From Alphaproteobacteria bacterium (GTDB lineage Bacteria; Pseudomonadota; Alphaproteobacteria; CAAHEQ01; UBA3637): 27,876 nt of DNA. Under the pieces are notes generated by a model. That model was not told the DNA's origin and did not search any database. It saw only the letters and a list, made by a program, of their open reading frames with translations. The stretch covers positions 1 through 27,876 of the forward strand of contig JAFXFY010000141.1 of assembly GCA_017513365.1 (NCBI GenBank), written 5' to 3'. The translations under genes and the position numbers were made by a program. Positions 26,590 to 27,876 of the stretch are shown in pieces. Every line of letters starts with the position of its first letter. Position 1 is the first letter of the stretch.

Positions 26590-27357
26590 ATGGAAAAGTT
26601 ATCAGTTTACATTCTAACATTAAATGAACAAGCTCGGTTGCCTCGTACTTTAGAAGCAGCGGTAAAGGTGGCGGATGAGCTTATTGTGGTTGATTCCGGA
26701 TCAACGGATAAAACATGTGAAATTGCTCAAAGTTATGGAGCAAAGGTTATTTTTCATAAGTGGAAAAATATCTCTTCTCAAAAAAAATATGCAGAAGAAC
26801 AATGTTGTTATGATTTGGTTTTATCTTTGGATGCCGATGAAGTGTTGTCCGATAAATTAATTCAGGAAATTTTATCTGTTAAAGAAAATCGATTGGCCGA
26901 TGCCTATAAAATTAAAATTGCCGATATGATGCCGGGGGATAAAAAGCCATCTAGATTTGCTAAAACCTATAATCTTGAGCGATTATATGATAAAACAAAA
27001 AGCTCTATGCCCGATGATTTAACCCACGACAGAATTGTGTTGGGACAAGGGGTAAAAGTGGCTCAGCTGAAACATTTAGTGTACCATTATTCGTATCTGA
27101 GTTTAACTAAAACATGGGAAAAATATAATGTGTATACGGATGAACTATTGAAAACGGCAATTGCAACAGGTAAAAAATATTCTTTATTCCGATTAATTAT
27201 TGAATTTCCGTATCAGTTTTTGCGATATTATTTTTTAAAAAGAATGTTTTTGCGTGGTCGTTTTGGGTTTATTAATGCCGTTACGATTTCTTATTTTCGT
27301 TTTTTAAAAATTGCTAAATGGCAAGAATATTATCTGATAAATAAGGATAAAAAATGA
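26590..27357 (+). CDS. Glycosyltransferase family 2 (WaaE/KdtX-like)
   Basis: LSVYILTLNE, VVDSGSTDKT, LSLDADE, HYSY; SD GGAGG. Confidence 0.9.
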   Translation: MEKLSVYILTLNEQARLPRTLEAAVKVADELIVVDSGSTDKTCEIAQSYGAKVIFHKWKNISSQKKYAEEQCCYDLVLSLDADEVLSDKLIQEILSVKENRLADAYKIKIADMMPGDKKPSRFAKTYNLERLYDKTKSSMPDDLTHDRIVLGQGVKVAQLKHLVYHYSYLSLTKTWEKYNVYTDELLKTAIATGKKYSLFRLIIEFPYQFLRYYFLKRMFLRGRFGFINAVTISYFRFLKIAKWQEYYLINKDKK

Positions 27358-27876
27358 CCTGTCGTCCTGTATCATTATTCTATTGTAAGGGACAAAACTT
27401 TGGTGATGCTGTTAATCCGATATTGCTTGAGCGTGTTTTTGGATGCCCTTGTGTTCAAGGAACAAAAGCAAAATCTACTTTAATTGCTATTGGGTCTATT
27501 TTTCAGCGTTTTGCAACAAATAATCCGTTTGAAAATTTGATAAAACCGATATATCCAAAATTACATGTCTTTAGTACCGGATTTATTTCAGATAAGCAGT
27601 ATCGTTATTTTAAACGCCAGATGGAAATTTATGCCGTCAGAGGGTATTATACAAAGGGTCAATGTGAAAAAATATTAGGTAAACAGTTAGATATACCCGT
27701 TGGAGATGCTGGGCTGTTATTATCTCATTTATTGGAAAAAAGACCGAAGAAAAAATATGCTCTTGGTATTATTCCGCATGTAAGTGATTGGGATAATCCA
27801 ATATTTGAAGAACTTTCAAAAACGCCATATACGACACGAATTAATTTACGAGAAGATCCTTTATCTGTTTTAAACA
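27354..27876 (+). CDS. Polysaccharide pyruvyl transferase family protein (partial, runs off the window)
   Basis: Not in the ORF track. ATGA overlap with the previous gene; manual translation MTCRPVSLFYCKGQNFGDAVNP...IGSI...AVRG...GDAGLLL...GIIPH. Confidence 0.85.
   Translation, partial: MTCRPVSLFYCKGQNFGDAVNPILLERVFGCPCVQGTKAKSTLIAIGSIFQRFATNNPFENLIKPIYPKLHVFSTGFISDKQYRYFKRQMEIYAVRGYYTKGQCEKILGKQLDIPVGDAGLLLSHLLEKRPKKKYALGIIPHVSDWDNPIFEELSKTPYTTRINLREDPLSVLN

Overview
AT-rich chromosomal window of an alphaproteobacterium, inferred from ccrM, the coiled-coil gene-zapA pair, plsX-fabH-ihfA-merR and a CtrA-type box. The right two-thirds is mostly housekeeping: msbA, queA, lepA, ybaB, recR, zapA, ymdB, yebC, ruvC, rpmF, plsX, fabH, ihfA and glycosyltransferases. 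The most notable accessory content is three dispersed type IV prepilin-like genes with an atypical G|RSMVE N-terminus (Arg at +1): one short major-pilin-like gene and two long ones carrying different C-terminal modules (Cys-rich repeats; C-type-lectin-like). Each has a candidate switch upstream. One is a pair of 30-31 bp inverted repeats bracketing the probable promoter (possible invertible DNA or operator pair). The other two are about 220-255 nt structured leaders with terminator/antiterminator logic. Other oddities: a dUTPase-fold protein with all catalytic motifs lost, a DsbA/ScsC-like protein with a metallothionein-like N-terminal Cys cluster, a HIT-like protein with an altered triad and possible second degenerate HIT domain, a pseudoknot-topology 3' element, a 119/115-bp hairpin tandem duplication before recR, and apparent leaderless genes. 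No rRNA, canonical tRNA, CRISPR array, transposase, recombinase or reverse transcriptase was seen. All calls are by eye from sequence motifs; no searches or folding programs were run.
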